DNA of 64,000 nt from a virus (lineage: Duplodnaviria > Caudoviricetes): IMG/VR virus record IMGVR_UViG_3300021133_000001, positions 64,001-128,000 of that record. One strand, written 5' to 3'. The notes beneath the pieces are model-generated. The model ran no database searches. It was not told the DNA's origin and worked only from the letters and a program-made list of their open reading frames with translations. Position numbers and translations under genes: made by a program. Positions 40,197-50,342 of this stretch are shown here, one piece after another (position 1 is the stretch's first letter; every line of letters starts with the position of its first letter).

Positions 40197-43121
40197 TTAA
40201 CTTAATCTTGCACTTAACTGTGCTATTAAAGTATTTTGATTATTTATTTGTACTTGTTGTTCTTTAATAGCTTCTACTAGTAAAGATGTTAAACGACTGT
40301 AATCAATACCGATATAGTTTCCGGCGCTATCTGGGTCATCATAAACTACTTCTGGAACTATATTTACTGTATCTTCTGCAATAAGCCCTATATCGTTTGG
40401 ATCGGTTTTAAGAGTGTTATCATACCATACACCAGATAATTGTAGTACTCTATTTAAAGAATTGGTTAATGGTCGTATATTAGTCTTAAAACGTCTAGAT
40501 GAAGTAGAAGTAAATGAATAAGCTGTAATACCAAGAGATGTTGATATAGCACTACCATTATCAGTAATAGAACTATTAGTTACTGTGGTTGAACTGTTAA
40601 ACTTAGCAACAACATTTGAAGTACCGCCTGAACCAGCAGCTGCACCTTGTGCGCCTGTAGCTCCCTGTGCACCTGTTGATCCTGTAGCACCTTGTGCACC
40701 GGTAGAGCCTGTAGCACCTTGTGCGCCTGTAGCACCTTGTGCGCCGTTAGAACCGTTTGTACCAGCTGCACCTTGTGCACCATTCGTACCAGCTGCACCT
40801 TGAGCGCCTGTAGAACCAGTAGAGCCTTTTAAGCCAGAATAACCTGAAGCGCCTTGAGCGCCAGTAGAGCCTGTAGCGCCTTGAGCGCCTGTTGCACCTT
40901 GAGCGCCAGTAGAACCTGTAGAACCTGTTGCACCTTGAGCGCCAGTAGAACCTGTAGAACCTGTTGCACCTTGAGCTCCTGTAGAGCCTTTAGCACCAGA
41001 GTAACCAGAGTAACCAGAGTTTGATCCTGCTGCTTGAATTTGTGAACCAGGATACTCAACAATTAAACCTGCTGTAGTACCTATACCGATCATAACCGGT
41101 TTAATGATTGAACCTACAGCTGATGGGGGTGTTGTGGTCATTAGACCTGCTGTTGCGTCTGAAAGATAATATTGTGCAGCATCTACTATACCTGTAAAGC
41201 CTGAAGTATAACCGTTAGCTACATACTGGAAAGAAGTACCAGTAGCGCTTACTACTACACCGATAATATCTGACGTGCTTGGGCTGTTGGCTTGTGCTAA
41301 TGCATAACCACCAGATGTCTTGTATATAACATTACCCGGACTAAAAGAGTTGCTATATGTTACATTTACATTAGTAGCATTTAAACCGCTTATACCAGAA
41401 AAACCAGATACACCTGAACCACTAAAACCACTAAAGCCTGAGTAACCAGAAACACCGCTAAAGCCTGAAATACCGCTAAAACCTGATTGACCAGAAATAC
41501 CACTGAAACCAGATATACCACTAAATCCTGAAATACCTGTATAGCCAGAATATCCTGTAATACCGCTAAAGCCTGAGATACCAGAGAAGCCTGATATACC
41601 ACTAAAACCGGACCAGCCTGATATACCGCTCGCTCCTGATATACCGCTAAAACCACTAATACCTGTAAAGCCTGAATAACCAGAGATACCGGAGAAACCT
41701 GTTATACCACTAAAACCGGACCAACCACTGATACCGCTAAAGCCTGAAATACCGCTGAAACCACTTATACCTGAAAAACCAGAAAAGCCTGTGAAGCCAC
41801 TATAACCAGATATACCGCTAAAACCTGAAATACCTACACCAGAATAACCTGATGTACCAGACACACCCTGACCGATTGGGGTACGTACTACAGTAAACTG
41901 CGAACTACCGTTATATTGGTAAGCAGCAGTAAGTGTTGTTGTACTTGTTGTATAAGCTGCAACTTGTAATAAGATACGATCTGTTGCAGAAAGAATTGTA
42001 ATATTGCTTGTAGCGTACTGTACTTTTTGATAGGTTGAAGTAGTATCTGTAACGGCACCGGAATCGGCGCTTAAAATAAATGCACTCGTGGCACTAGTTG
42101 CCATTGAGTAACTATAAATGCTAAATACAAAATTAGCTGTACCACCTAAAGCGTAACGATAAAATTCTATATCCCATAAACCTGCAGGTATTTCTGTTAT
42201 ACCAGGTTCACCGATTGGTGTTAAGTACCAACCGAAAGCACTTGGACTGCCTGGACCTGCTGTAGTAGAATTAAGAGCTAGTTGGTCGTCATTAACTGTC
42301 GTACCACCACCGCCTGGCTGTAAAGCCATAACTTCAAACACAGCAGGGTTTTGATCACTAGTTACTTCCTGTAAGAAATACGTTCTACCATATACAGATG
42401 CGCCTGTGCCACCTGACCAACCCGAAATACCACTAAAGCCGCTGATTCCGCTAAAACCACTTATACCACTAAAGCCAGACCAGCCTGATACACCACTTGC
42501 ACCAGATATACCGCTAAAACCGGATATACCACTAAAACCGCTGAAGCCAGAATAACCGCTGACACCACTGAAACCACTTATACCTGTATAACCGGAATAG
42601 CCAGAAATACCTGTAAAACCTGAATAACCTGATATACCGCTAAAACCAGACCAGCCTGATATACCACTAAAACCTGATACACCACTCGCTCCTGATATAC
42701 CGCTGAAACCACTTATACCTGAAAAACCAGATATACCACTTGCGCCAGATATACCACTGAAACCAGAAAAACCTGAAATACCTGTATAACCGCTATAACC
42801 GGAAATACCGCTAAAACCACTTATACCTGAAAAACCAGACCAACCGGATATACCGCTAAAGCCTGAAATACCTGTATAACCACTATAACCGGATATACCA
42901 CTAAAGCCAGAAAAGCTCGAGTAACCGCTATAACCGGAAATACCAGAGAATCCACTTATACCACTAAAGCCAGAAAAGCCTGAAATACCAGTAAATCCAG
43001 AATAACCGGAAGCACCCTGTGCACCAGTAGAGCCTTTTGCACCTTGCGCACCTGTTACGCCAGTAGTACCTGAGTAACCAGACTGTCCCTTAATCGCTGT
43101 GTATACAAATGTATTGCTCAT
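40197..43121 (-). CDS. G-[F/Y/I/W]-S repeat fibre with shared globular modules and S74 chaperone
   Basis: Two long SG-repeat tracts, GAQ tract, SSRRFKTNI...IDYSRLTSLLVEAIKE. Confidence 0.85.
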   Translation of the reverse strand: MSNTFVYTAIKGQSGYSGTTGVTGAQGAKGSTGAQGASGYSGFTGISGFSGFSGISGFSGISGYSGYSSFSGFSGISGYSGYTGISGFSGISGWSGFSGISGFSGISGYSGYTGISGFSGFSGISGASGISGFSGISGFSGISGASGVSGFSGISGWSGFSGISGYSGFTGISGYSGYTGISGFSGVSGYSGFSGFSGISGFSGISGASGVSGWSGFSGISGFSGISGFSGISGWSGGTGASVYGRTYFLQEVTSDQNPAVFEVMALQPGGGGTTVNDDQLALNSTTAGPGSPSAFGWYLTPIGEPGITEIPAGLWDIEFYRYALGGTANFVFSIYSYSMATSATSAFILSADSGAVTDTTSTYQKVQYATSNITILSATDRILLQVAAYTTSTTTLTAAYQYNGSSQFTVVRTPIGQGVSGTSGYSGVGISGFSGISGYSGFTGFSGFSGISGFSGISGFSGISGWSGFSGITGFSGISGYSGFTGISGFSGISGASGISGWSGFSGISGFSGISGFSGITGYSGYTGISGFSGISGFSGISGQSGFSGISGFSGVSGYSGFSGFSGSGVSGFSGISGLNATNVNVTYSNSFSPGNVIYKTSGGYALAQANSPSTSDIIGVVVSATGTSFQYVANGYTSGFTGIVDAAQYYLSDATAGLMTTTPPSAVGSIIKPVMIGIGTTAGLIVEYPGSQIQAAGSNSGYSGYSGAKGSTGAQGATGSTGSTGAQGATGSTGSTGAQGATGAQGATGSTGAQGASGYSGLKGSTGSTGAQGAAGTNGAQGAAGTNGSNGAQGATGAQGATGSTGAQGATGSTGAQGATGAQGAAAGSGGTSNVVAKFNSSTTVTNSSITDNGSAISTSLGITAYSFTSTSSRRFKTNIRPLTNSLNRVLQLSGVWYDNTLKTDPNDIGLIAEDTVNIVPEVVYDDPDSAGNYIGIDYSRLTSLLVEAIKEQQVQINNQNTLIAQLSARLS

Positions 43122-43152
43122 AGTTCATTGAAGCAATAATATTTATATACCA

Positions 43153-46100
43153 TTATACTATAAACCAGTTAGTACCGTTATATACAATAGTGGTTGCTTC
43201 GTAGTTATAGTTTAATAGATAAGTAGCTTGACCGTCAATTGTTACCCCTGCACCAGATAACGTAATGTTATTTGTGCGAGCTGCACCAGATTCGTCTTTA
43301 ATTGTTATAAATGTACCTTGATTTAATGGTAGAGCTGGCAAGTATAATAAAGCACTTCCAGAGACATTAACACCTACATATTCGTCAGTTGACTGTAATA
43401 CGTTTGGTGAAGTTGTTACTAATCTTACACCTTGAACGTTTGGATATATAATCTGTGAATTATCGAGATTTAAGTAACCACGTTCGTTTACAACAACTGC
43501 TGTTGTAGATGTAACAGCTCTCATGATTGGCTTCGACACTGTACCGAAAGCACTTGGTGAAACTGTTGTAACACTACCTGCAATAGTTGGTGATAGGTAA
43601 TAACATTCCCCTGGTGTCAAGCTTGCAAGACCTGTAATTAAGCCCATGTATACGATTGTAAATGTTGTACCTGTTGAAGATTGAACAACACCGGTTGCTT
43701 CAGCATCTGTTACATTGTCTGCTTGAGCTAAGAACCAACCACTTGAACCGTTGTCAAGACGTACCACGTTACCAGCACTGAATGTGTTGGTATATGTAAT
43801 GACTTGACTTGAAATGTTTACTGTAGTACCAGAGATACCTGAGAAACCAGATATACCGCTAAAGCCGCTATAACCGGAAATACCAGAGAAGCCCGATATA
43901 CCAGAAGCGCCAGACCAGCCTGAAATACCACTAAAGCCTGATATACCGCTAAAGCCGCTAATACCGCTAAAGCCTGAAATACCAGAAAAGCCGGAGTAAC
44001 CAGAAATACCCGAGAAACCAGATATACCGCTAAAACCGCTGTAGCCACTAATACCGCTAAAGCCAGACCAGCCGCTAATACCTGAGAAACCGCTAATACC
44101 AGTGAAACCACTGATACCTGTAAAGCCTGAATAACCAGACCAACCAGAGATACCGCTAAAGCCGCTTATACCGCTAAAGCCGGAGTAGCCTGAAATACCA
44201 GAGAAGCCGCTATAGCCACTTATGCCACTAAAGCCAGACCAACCACTGATACCGCTGAAACCGCTAATACCGGTAAAGCCTGAGAAGCCAGAGTAGCCTG
44301 AGATACCAGAGAAGCCTGAGATACCACTAAAGCCGCTATAGCCACTAATACCGCTAAAGCCCGATATACCAGAGAAACCAGAATAACCTGACCAACCACT
44401 GATACCACTAAAGCCTGATATACCAGTAAAGCCTGAGAAGCCGCTTATACCGCTAAAACCACTATAGCCTGAAATACCGCTAAAGCCTGATATGCCCGAG
44501 AAACCGGACCAACCGCTAATACCAGAGAAGCCTGAAATACCAGAGAAGCCACTTATACCGCTAAAGCCAGAGTAACCAGATATACCGCTGAAGCCTGACC
44601 AACCAGAAATACCTGAGAAACCAGATATACCAGAGAAGCCAGACCAACCAGAAATACCACTAAAGCCTGAGGTACCAATACCGCTAAAGCCGGAGAAACC
44701 TGAACTACCACTTACACCTTGACCGATTGGCGTACGTAAAGCGGAATATATTGAACTACCATTGTAATGGTAAGTAGCAGTAATTGTTGATGTGCTTGTT
44801 GTATAAGCTGCAACTTGTAATAAGATACGATCTGTTGCAGAAAGCTTTGTAATCGTGCTTGTAACGTAACCTAATTTTTGGAAAGTTGAAGATGTATCTG
44901 TAACAGGACCTGAATCAGCACTTAAGATAAATGCGCTAGTAGCGCTTGTAGCCATTGAGTAACTATATACGCTAATAACAAAGTTTGCTGCGCTAGCAGA
45001 AACGTTACGATAGAAATCGAATTCCCACAAACCAGCTGGAATTTCAACTAAGCCTGGTTCCCCAATTGGTGTTAAGTACCAACCGTAAGCGCTTGGGCTA
45101 CCTGGACCTGCTGTGGTAGAGTTAAGAGCTAATGCGTCATCGTTTACGTCTGTACCACCACCGCCTGGCACTAACGACATTACTTCAAATACTGTTGGGT
45201 TTTGATCGCTTGTTACTTCTTGTAGGTAGTATGTTCTACCGTAAATGGATGCACCGGTACCACCAGAGACACCAGACCAACCACTAATACCACTGAAACC
45301 ACTAATACCGGTAAAGCCACTATAACCGGAAATACCACTAAAGCCTGAAATACCGCTAAAGCCGGAGTAACCAGAAATGCCTGAGAAACCGCTAATACCA
45401 GTAAAGCCTGACCAACCGCTAATACCTGAGAAACCTGAAATACCAGTATAGCCAGAATAGCCTGAAATACCGCTAAAGCCGCTTATACCGCTAAAGCCTG
45501 AGATACCAGAGAAGCCAGAATAACCTGACCAACCGCTAATACCGCTAAAACCACTTATACCTGTATAGCCTGAGTAGCCGGAAATACCGCTAAAGCCTGA
45601 CCAACCAGAGATACCAGAGAAGCCAGACCAGCCTGATATACCGCTGAAACCGCTTATACCTGTAAAACCTGAAATACCAGAAAAGCCTGAGAAGCCAGAA
45701 TAACCTGAAATACCAGACCAACCAGAAATACCGGTATAGCCTGAATAACCGCTAATACCCGTAAAGCCGCTATAACCGGAAATACCTGTAAAGCCGGACC
45801 AGCCTGAAATACCACTAAAGCCGGAAATACCAGAGAAGCCCGAGAAGCCAGTGTAACCACTAAAACCGGTGAAGCCAGAAATACCGCTAAAACCGCTAAT
45901 ACCAGTGTAGCCAGAATAACCTGAAATACCTGTAAAGCCTGAATAGCCTGAAATACCAGAGAAGCCGGACCAGCCACTAATACCGCTGAAACCGCTTATA
46001 CCTGTAAAACCTGACCAACCTGAAATACCACTAAAGCCGCTAATACCTGTAAAGCCTGAAATACCAGAAAAGCCACTATAGCCGGAAATACCGGAGAAGC

Positions 46101-46269
46101 CGGACCAACCAGAGGTACCACTGATACCACTAAAGCCGGACCATCCGCTAATGCCTGAGGCTCCGGAATAACCGCTTGTGCCGGTTGCGCCTTGTGCACC
46201 TGTTGCACCGTTTGCGCCAGAGAAACCTGATTGACCTCTAATTGCTGTGTATACGAAGGAATTTGCCAT
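43153..46269 (-). CDS. G-[F/Y/I/W]-S repeat fibre (no S74 domain)
   Basis: Roughly 600 of 1038 aa are SGISGF-type repeats; three globular modules shared with neighbours. Confidence 0.8.
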   Translation of the reverse strand: MANSFVYTAIRGQSGFSGANGATGAQGATGTSGYSGASGISGWSGFSGISGTSGWSGFSGISGYSGFSGISGFTGISGFSGISGWSGFTGISGFSGISGWSGFSGISGYSGFTGISGYSGYTGISGFSGISGFTGFSGYTGFSGFSGISGFSGISGWSGFTGISGYSGFTGISGYSGYTGISGWSGISGYSGFSGFSGISGFTGISGFSGISGWSGFSGISGWSGFSGISGYSGYTGISGFSGISGWSGYSGFSGISGFSGISGFSGISGYSGYTGISGFSGISGWSGFTGISGFSGISGYSGFSGISGFSGISGYSGFTGISGFSGISGWSGVSGGTGASIYGRTYYLQEVTSDQNPTVFEVMSLVPGGGGTDVNDDALALNSTTAGPGSPSAYGWYLTPIGEPGLVEIPAGLWEFDFYRNVSASAANFVISVYSYSMATSATSAFILSADSGPVTDTSSTFQKLGYVTSTITKLSATDRILLQVAAYTTSTSTITATYHYNGSSIYSALRTPIGQGVSGSSGFSGFSGIGTSGFSGISGWSGFSGISGFSGISGWSGFSGISGYSGFSGISGFSGISGFSGISGWSGFSGISGFSGISGYSGFSGISGFSGFTGISGFSGISGWSGYSGFSGISGFSGISGYSGFSGISGFSGISGYSGFSGFTGISGFSGISGWSGFSGISGYSGFSGISGYSGFSGISGFSGISGWSGYSGFTGISGFTGISGFSGISGWSGFSGISGYSGFSGISGFSGISGYSGFSGISGFSGISGFSGISGFSGISGWSGASGISGFSGISGYSGFSGISGFSGISGTTVNISSQVITYTNTFSAGNVVRLDNGSSGWFLAQADNVTDAEATGVVQSSTGTTFTIVYMGLITGLASLTPGECYYLSPTIAGSVTTVSPSAFGTVSKPIMRAVTSTTAVVVNERGYLNLDNSQIIYPNVQGVRLVTTSPNVLQSTDEYVGVNVSGSALLYLPALPLNQGTFITIKDESGAARTNNITLSGAGVTIDGQATYLLNYNYEATTIVYNGTNWFIV

Positions 46270-46325
46270 GGTGGTATATTATTGTAGATTACTTATTATT
46301 CTTGAAATGTTTTTTTTGTTGTTTA

Positions 46326-49300
46326 TTAAACTAAATTCCATCTATTGCCGTAATATACTAAGCTTATTGTTTCATACGGGGATGTAATTTGGTCAAAAGT
46401 GTATCCGTCAATGGTGTCTGGATATGTAGCAGATATTGTAATAGTATTTGTAGTATCATTAGCTAATCCTGTCATATCTTTAATAGAATATGCTTTACCA
46501 TTATAACCAACTGGTAGAGTAATGGTAGAAGGTCCGTTGTATTGTACACCAATGTAATAGTCTGTAGGTACAGCTGTATAGTATTGATTAGTAACGCCTG
46601 TTACGTTTACAGAACCACCTAATGCAGAGTCGTTTGAATTTAATATACCTCTTTCATTAACAACAACACCCACATTTGATGTAATTGCACGTAGTATTGG
46701 TTTTGAAACAGTACCTGTAGCACTAACTACTGCAGTTGTAATAGCACCAGGAACATCTGGGGATAAGAAATAGCATTCCCCTGGATTTAATAGTGGTTGA
46801 TCAAATGTTATTAAACCGTTATATACTATATAGAAGTCGTAAGCAGAAGCATATTGTACAACACCAGTTGCTTCAGCATTTTGAGGTGTATTAGCCTGGG
46901 ATAAGAACCAACCGCTATTACCGTTATCAAGTCTTACTACTTGACCTGCACTAAAACTATTACTATAAGTTATTAACTGACTAGAAATATTAACAGGCGA
47001 GCCACTATAACCGGATATACCGCTAAAGCCCGAGAAACCAGAAATACCGCTATAACCCATTATACCGGAATAACCGCTAAAGCCAGACCAACCAGATATA
47101 CCTGAGAAACCATCTATACCGCTATAACCTGAAAAACCGCTTATACCAGAAAAACCTTGTACACCTTGATAACCACTAAAGCCTGACCAACCACTAGAGC
47201 CTGAAGTACCGGAATCGCCTTTTACTTGACCAACATTAGTCCAGGTACCACCAGCATGTACCCATAAATCACCAGAAGTTTCATCTATAACACCGTTACC
47301 GTCAACTGCTGATGAGAACGCGGCGTTTAAAGTTTGTTGTGGGTCGCCAGGTGGGTTAACATTAGCGTCTGGTACAGTACCAATAATAGCAACTGAAGAA
47401 CCGTTAACACCAGAGTAACCAGAAAGACCTACATCGCCTTGTGCACCTTGCGGTCCAATATCTCCTTGAGAGCCTTGGGAACCTTGGAAGCCTTGATCTC
47501 CCTGTGCACCTTGGGGTCCGGTATCGCCTTGATTACCTTGCGGTCCAATATCACCTTGAGCGCCTTGTGGGCCGAAGTCGCCTTGTGCACCTTGATAACC
47601 TTGTGCACCTTGTGAGCCGACATCCCCTTGATAGCCTTGAGGTCCTATATCCCCTTGCGCACCTTGTGGGCCGAAACCTGAATAACCAGATACACCAGAA
47701 CCGCTAAAACCTGAGAAGCCAGATATACCAGTAAAGCCTGAGAAGCCACTATAACCTGACCAACCAGATACACCTGTATAACCAGAATAACCCGATATAC
47801 CACTATCCCCACTGAAACCGGAAATACCGCTAAAGCCACTAAAGCCGCTTGTACCGGTAAAACCGCTTATACCGCTAAAGCCTGAAAAACCAGAATAACC
47901 TGAAATACCAGACCAACCAGAATCACCTGTGAAACCTGATATACCGCTAAAACCGGACCAACCAGATGTTCCAGAGATGCCCGAAAAGCCTGATATACCA
48001 CTGAAGCCTGACCAGCCGCTTATACCACTAAAGCCTGATATACCTGAAGCACCTGAAATACCGCTAAAACCAGATATACCGCTAAAGCCCGACCAACCGC
48101 TTATACCTGTATAACCAGATATACCGGAGAAGCCTGATATACCTGAAAAACCACTTATACCGCTAAAGCCTGATTGACCAGAATAACCAGAATAACCTGA
48201 TACACCAGAACCACTGAAACCAGATATACCTGATTGACCAGAGAAGCCTGAGTAACCAGAAATTCCTGAGAAGCCAGATATACCACTAAAACCGCTTATA
48301 CCTACAAAGCCTGAGTAACCGCTAAAGCCTGAAATACCGCTTGCGCCAGACCAACCAGAGGTACCAGAGTCACCTTTTACTTGACCTACATTAGTCCAGG
48401 TACCGTTTGTATATACCCATAAATCGCCAGTATTTTCATCTATAACACCGTTACCGTTTACGGCGCCTGGGAATGCAGCGTTTAAAGTAGCTTGTGCGTT
48501 ACCACCTACAGTAGGTACTGTACCAATAATAGTAACTGAAGTACCGTCTTTACCACTATAACCAGACTTACCACTAGTACCACTAAAACCACTTATACCA
48601 CTAAAACCAGAAATACCTGAAAAACCTGAGTAACCAGATATACCAGAAAAGCCTGATATACCGCTAAAGCCTGATATACCAGAAGCACCGCTAAAGCCGC
48701 TATAACCAGTTATGCCGCTAAAACCGGACCGACCCGAAATACCGCTAAAGCCTGAAGTGCCGGAAGCGCCACTTATACCACTAAAACCACTAATACCGCT
48801 AAAGCCTGATTGACCGGTATAGCCCGAGTAACCAGATATACCACTGAAACCTGATATACCACTTGCGCCAGATATACCACTAAAGCCCGAGTAACCAGAA
48901 GTACCTGAAGCACCACTTATACCGCTAAAGCCTGACTGACCCGAATAACCTGAATAACCAGACCAGCCTGAAATACCGCTAAAGCCTGATTGACCGCTGT
49001 AGCCACTATAGCCAGAAATACCACTAAAACCGGAAATACCTGATTGACCGGTAAAGCCTGAGTAACCGCTAAAACCTACATAACCGCTGAAGCCGCTGTA
49101 GCCGGAAATACCGCTAAAGCCCATATAGCCGGAGTACCCAGAAAAGCCTGAATAACCAGACGTACCGGAGTAACCCATATCACCGCTATAACCGGAAATA
49201 CCGCTATAACCAGAAGTACTATCACCACTAAAACCTGAAATACCTTGATCGCCTTGTGCACCTTGAGGGCCTGTAGCACCACTATAACCAGACGCGCCAT

Positions 49301-50330
49301 CTTTACCATCTGAACCTAAAGTAAGGTTAGTTACAAACCTACTATAATGATTTGTACCAAGATACCAATATGTAATGTCAACACCACCACCTGCATTAGG
49401 GTCTGAGGTATCTGTTGTTTGACCAAATACGCTTATCTTAATTCTGTCAGATAAGTTTAAAGGTATTGGGGTATCAATATAATATGATGTTCTTTGGAAT
49501 GTCGGTGTAGGTGTTCTTGTTAATGCATCACCTGTTACCGAAAACAACATTGTTTCATTGTCGCTTGGATCTACCTTGTAAACAGCGTAAGTTAAATGAG
49601 TATTAACGCCTGGATCCATTGCATGTGGACCAGACATTGAATAATACGTATCAAAGTACCAAGTACCAGTATTAATTAACGACTTATTAGGAGAACCTGT
49701 AAGCGTAATTGTATATAATATTGGAGCAGGGTTTTGAAGGTAATTAAAATAACCGGAATCATCTGCAGCTTCAGCAGCATCTTGAGGCTCTGGAGTTAAA
49801 AATACATCGTTTGGTACGTCTGCAGCAATATTAGTTGGGTATAATATTAGACCAACAACTGATTGACCAGAATAGCCAGACTTACCACTATAACCGGATA
49901 AACCTAAACCTGAAAAACCAGAATAACCACTAGCACCGCTTATACCACTAAAACCAGAAGTACCGGAACTGCCTTGTGCTCCTTGTGCACCTTGTGCTCC
50001 GTTAATACCGGAGTAACCAGATGCACCAGTGTCTCCTTGCGGACCGGTAGGTCCTTGAGGGCCCATGTCACCTTGCGCACCAGGAGGCCCACCTGCTGAC
50101 AAAGCAGAAATTGCTACCGAGTAAGTTGTATATGAACCGTCATTATTGACTTGCTCCAAGAACGTTAGATCGTTCGTTGTAATGTTTGGGGCTTGAGAAA
50201 GTTCGTGTGGAAATACAATAGACGGTACTACATTGCTTCCGGCTGTAGTTGTTGCACCCGAAACACCATAATCATTAAGTGCGGATAATTCGTTTACATA
50301 TACTATAGTGGGGTATTGCGGAACCGGCAT
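46326..50330 (-). CDS. G-[F/Y/I/W]-S and GPQ/GAQ repeat fibre (no S74 domain)
   Basis: 1334 aa; SG repeats, acidic collagen tract, duplicated GDLWV...WTNVGQVKG knob. Confidence 0.8.
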   Translation of the reverse strand: MPVPQYPTIVYVNELSALNDYGVSGATTTAGSNVVPSIVFPHELSQAPNITTNDLTFLEQVNNDGSYTTYSVAISALSAGGPPGAQGDMGPQGPTGPQGDTGASGYSGINGAQGAQGAQGSSGTSGFSGISGASGYSGFSGLGLSGYSGKSGYSGQSVVGLILYPTNIAADVPNDVFLTPEPQDAAEAADDSGYFNYLQNPAPILYTITLTGSPNKSLINTGTWYFDTYYSMSGPHAMDPGVNTHLTYAVYKVDPSDNETMLFSVTGDALTRTPTPTFQRTSYYIDTPIPLNLSDRIKISVFGQTTDTSDPNAGGGVDITYWYLGTNHYSRFVTNLTLGSDGKDGASGYSGATGPQGAQGDQGISGFSGDSTSGYSGISGYSGDMGYSGTSGYSGFSGYSGYMGFSGISGYSGFSGYVGFSGYSGFTGQSGISGFSGISGYSGYSGQSGFSGISGWSGYSGYSGQSGFSGISGASGTSGYSGFSGISGASGISGFSGISGYSGYTGQSGFSGISGFSGISGASGTSGFSGISGRSGFSGITGYSGFSGASGISGFSGISGFSGISGYSGFSGISGFSGISGFSGTSGKSGYSGKDGTSVTIIGTVPTVGGNAQATLNAAFPGAVNGNGVIDENTGDLWVYTNGTWTNVGQVKGDSGTSGWSGASGISGFSGYSGFVGISGFSGISGFSGISGYSGFSGQSGISGFSGSGVSGYSGYSGQSGFSGISGFSGISGFSGISGYTGISGWSGFSGISGFSGISGASGISGFSGISGWSGFSGISGFSGISGTSGWSGFSGISGFTGDSGWSGISGYSGFSGFSGISGFTGTSGFSGFSGISGFSGDSGISGYSGYTGVSGWSGYSGFSGFTGISGFSGFSGSGVSGYSGFGPQGAQGDIGPQGYQGDVGSQGAQGYQGAQGDFGPQGAQGDIGPQGNQGDTGPQGAQGDQGFQGSQGSQGDIGPQGAQGDVGLSGYSGVNGSSVAIIGTVPDANVNPPGDPQQTLNAAFSSAVDGNGVIDETSGDLWVHAGGTWTNVGQVKGDSGTSGSSGWSGFSGYQGVQGFSGISGFSGYSGIDGFSGISGWSGFSGYSGIMGYSGISGFSGFSGISGYSGSPVNISSQLITYSNSFSAGQVVRLDNGNSGWFLSQANTPQNAEATGVVQYASAYDFYIVYNGLITFDQPLLNPGECYFLSPDVPGAITTAVVSATGTVSKPILRAITSNVGVVVNERGILNSNDSALGGSVNVTGVTNQYYTAVPTDYYIGVQYNGPSTITLPVGYNGKAYSIKDMTGLANDTTNTITISATYPDTIDGYTFDQITSPYETISLVYYGNRWNLV

Positions 50331-50342
50331 ATTATATTATAT

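Noticed and set aside
20951-49309. Many short alternative-frame and antisense ORFs in the repeat genes (e.g. 39599-39985, 40585-40803, 47929-48114)
   Set aside because: Shadows of periodic, stop-poor repeat codons; they start at GTG/TTG codons or lack expression signals and lie wholly within long ORFs
40197-50330. CRISPR-like appearance of periodic repeats
   Set aside because: Periodicity is 9/18 bp and coding; there is no constant repeat with unique spacers and no cas genes
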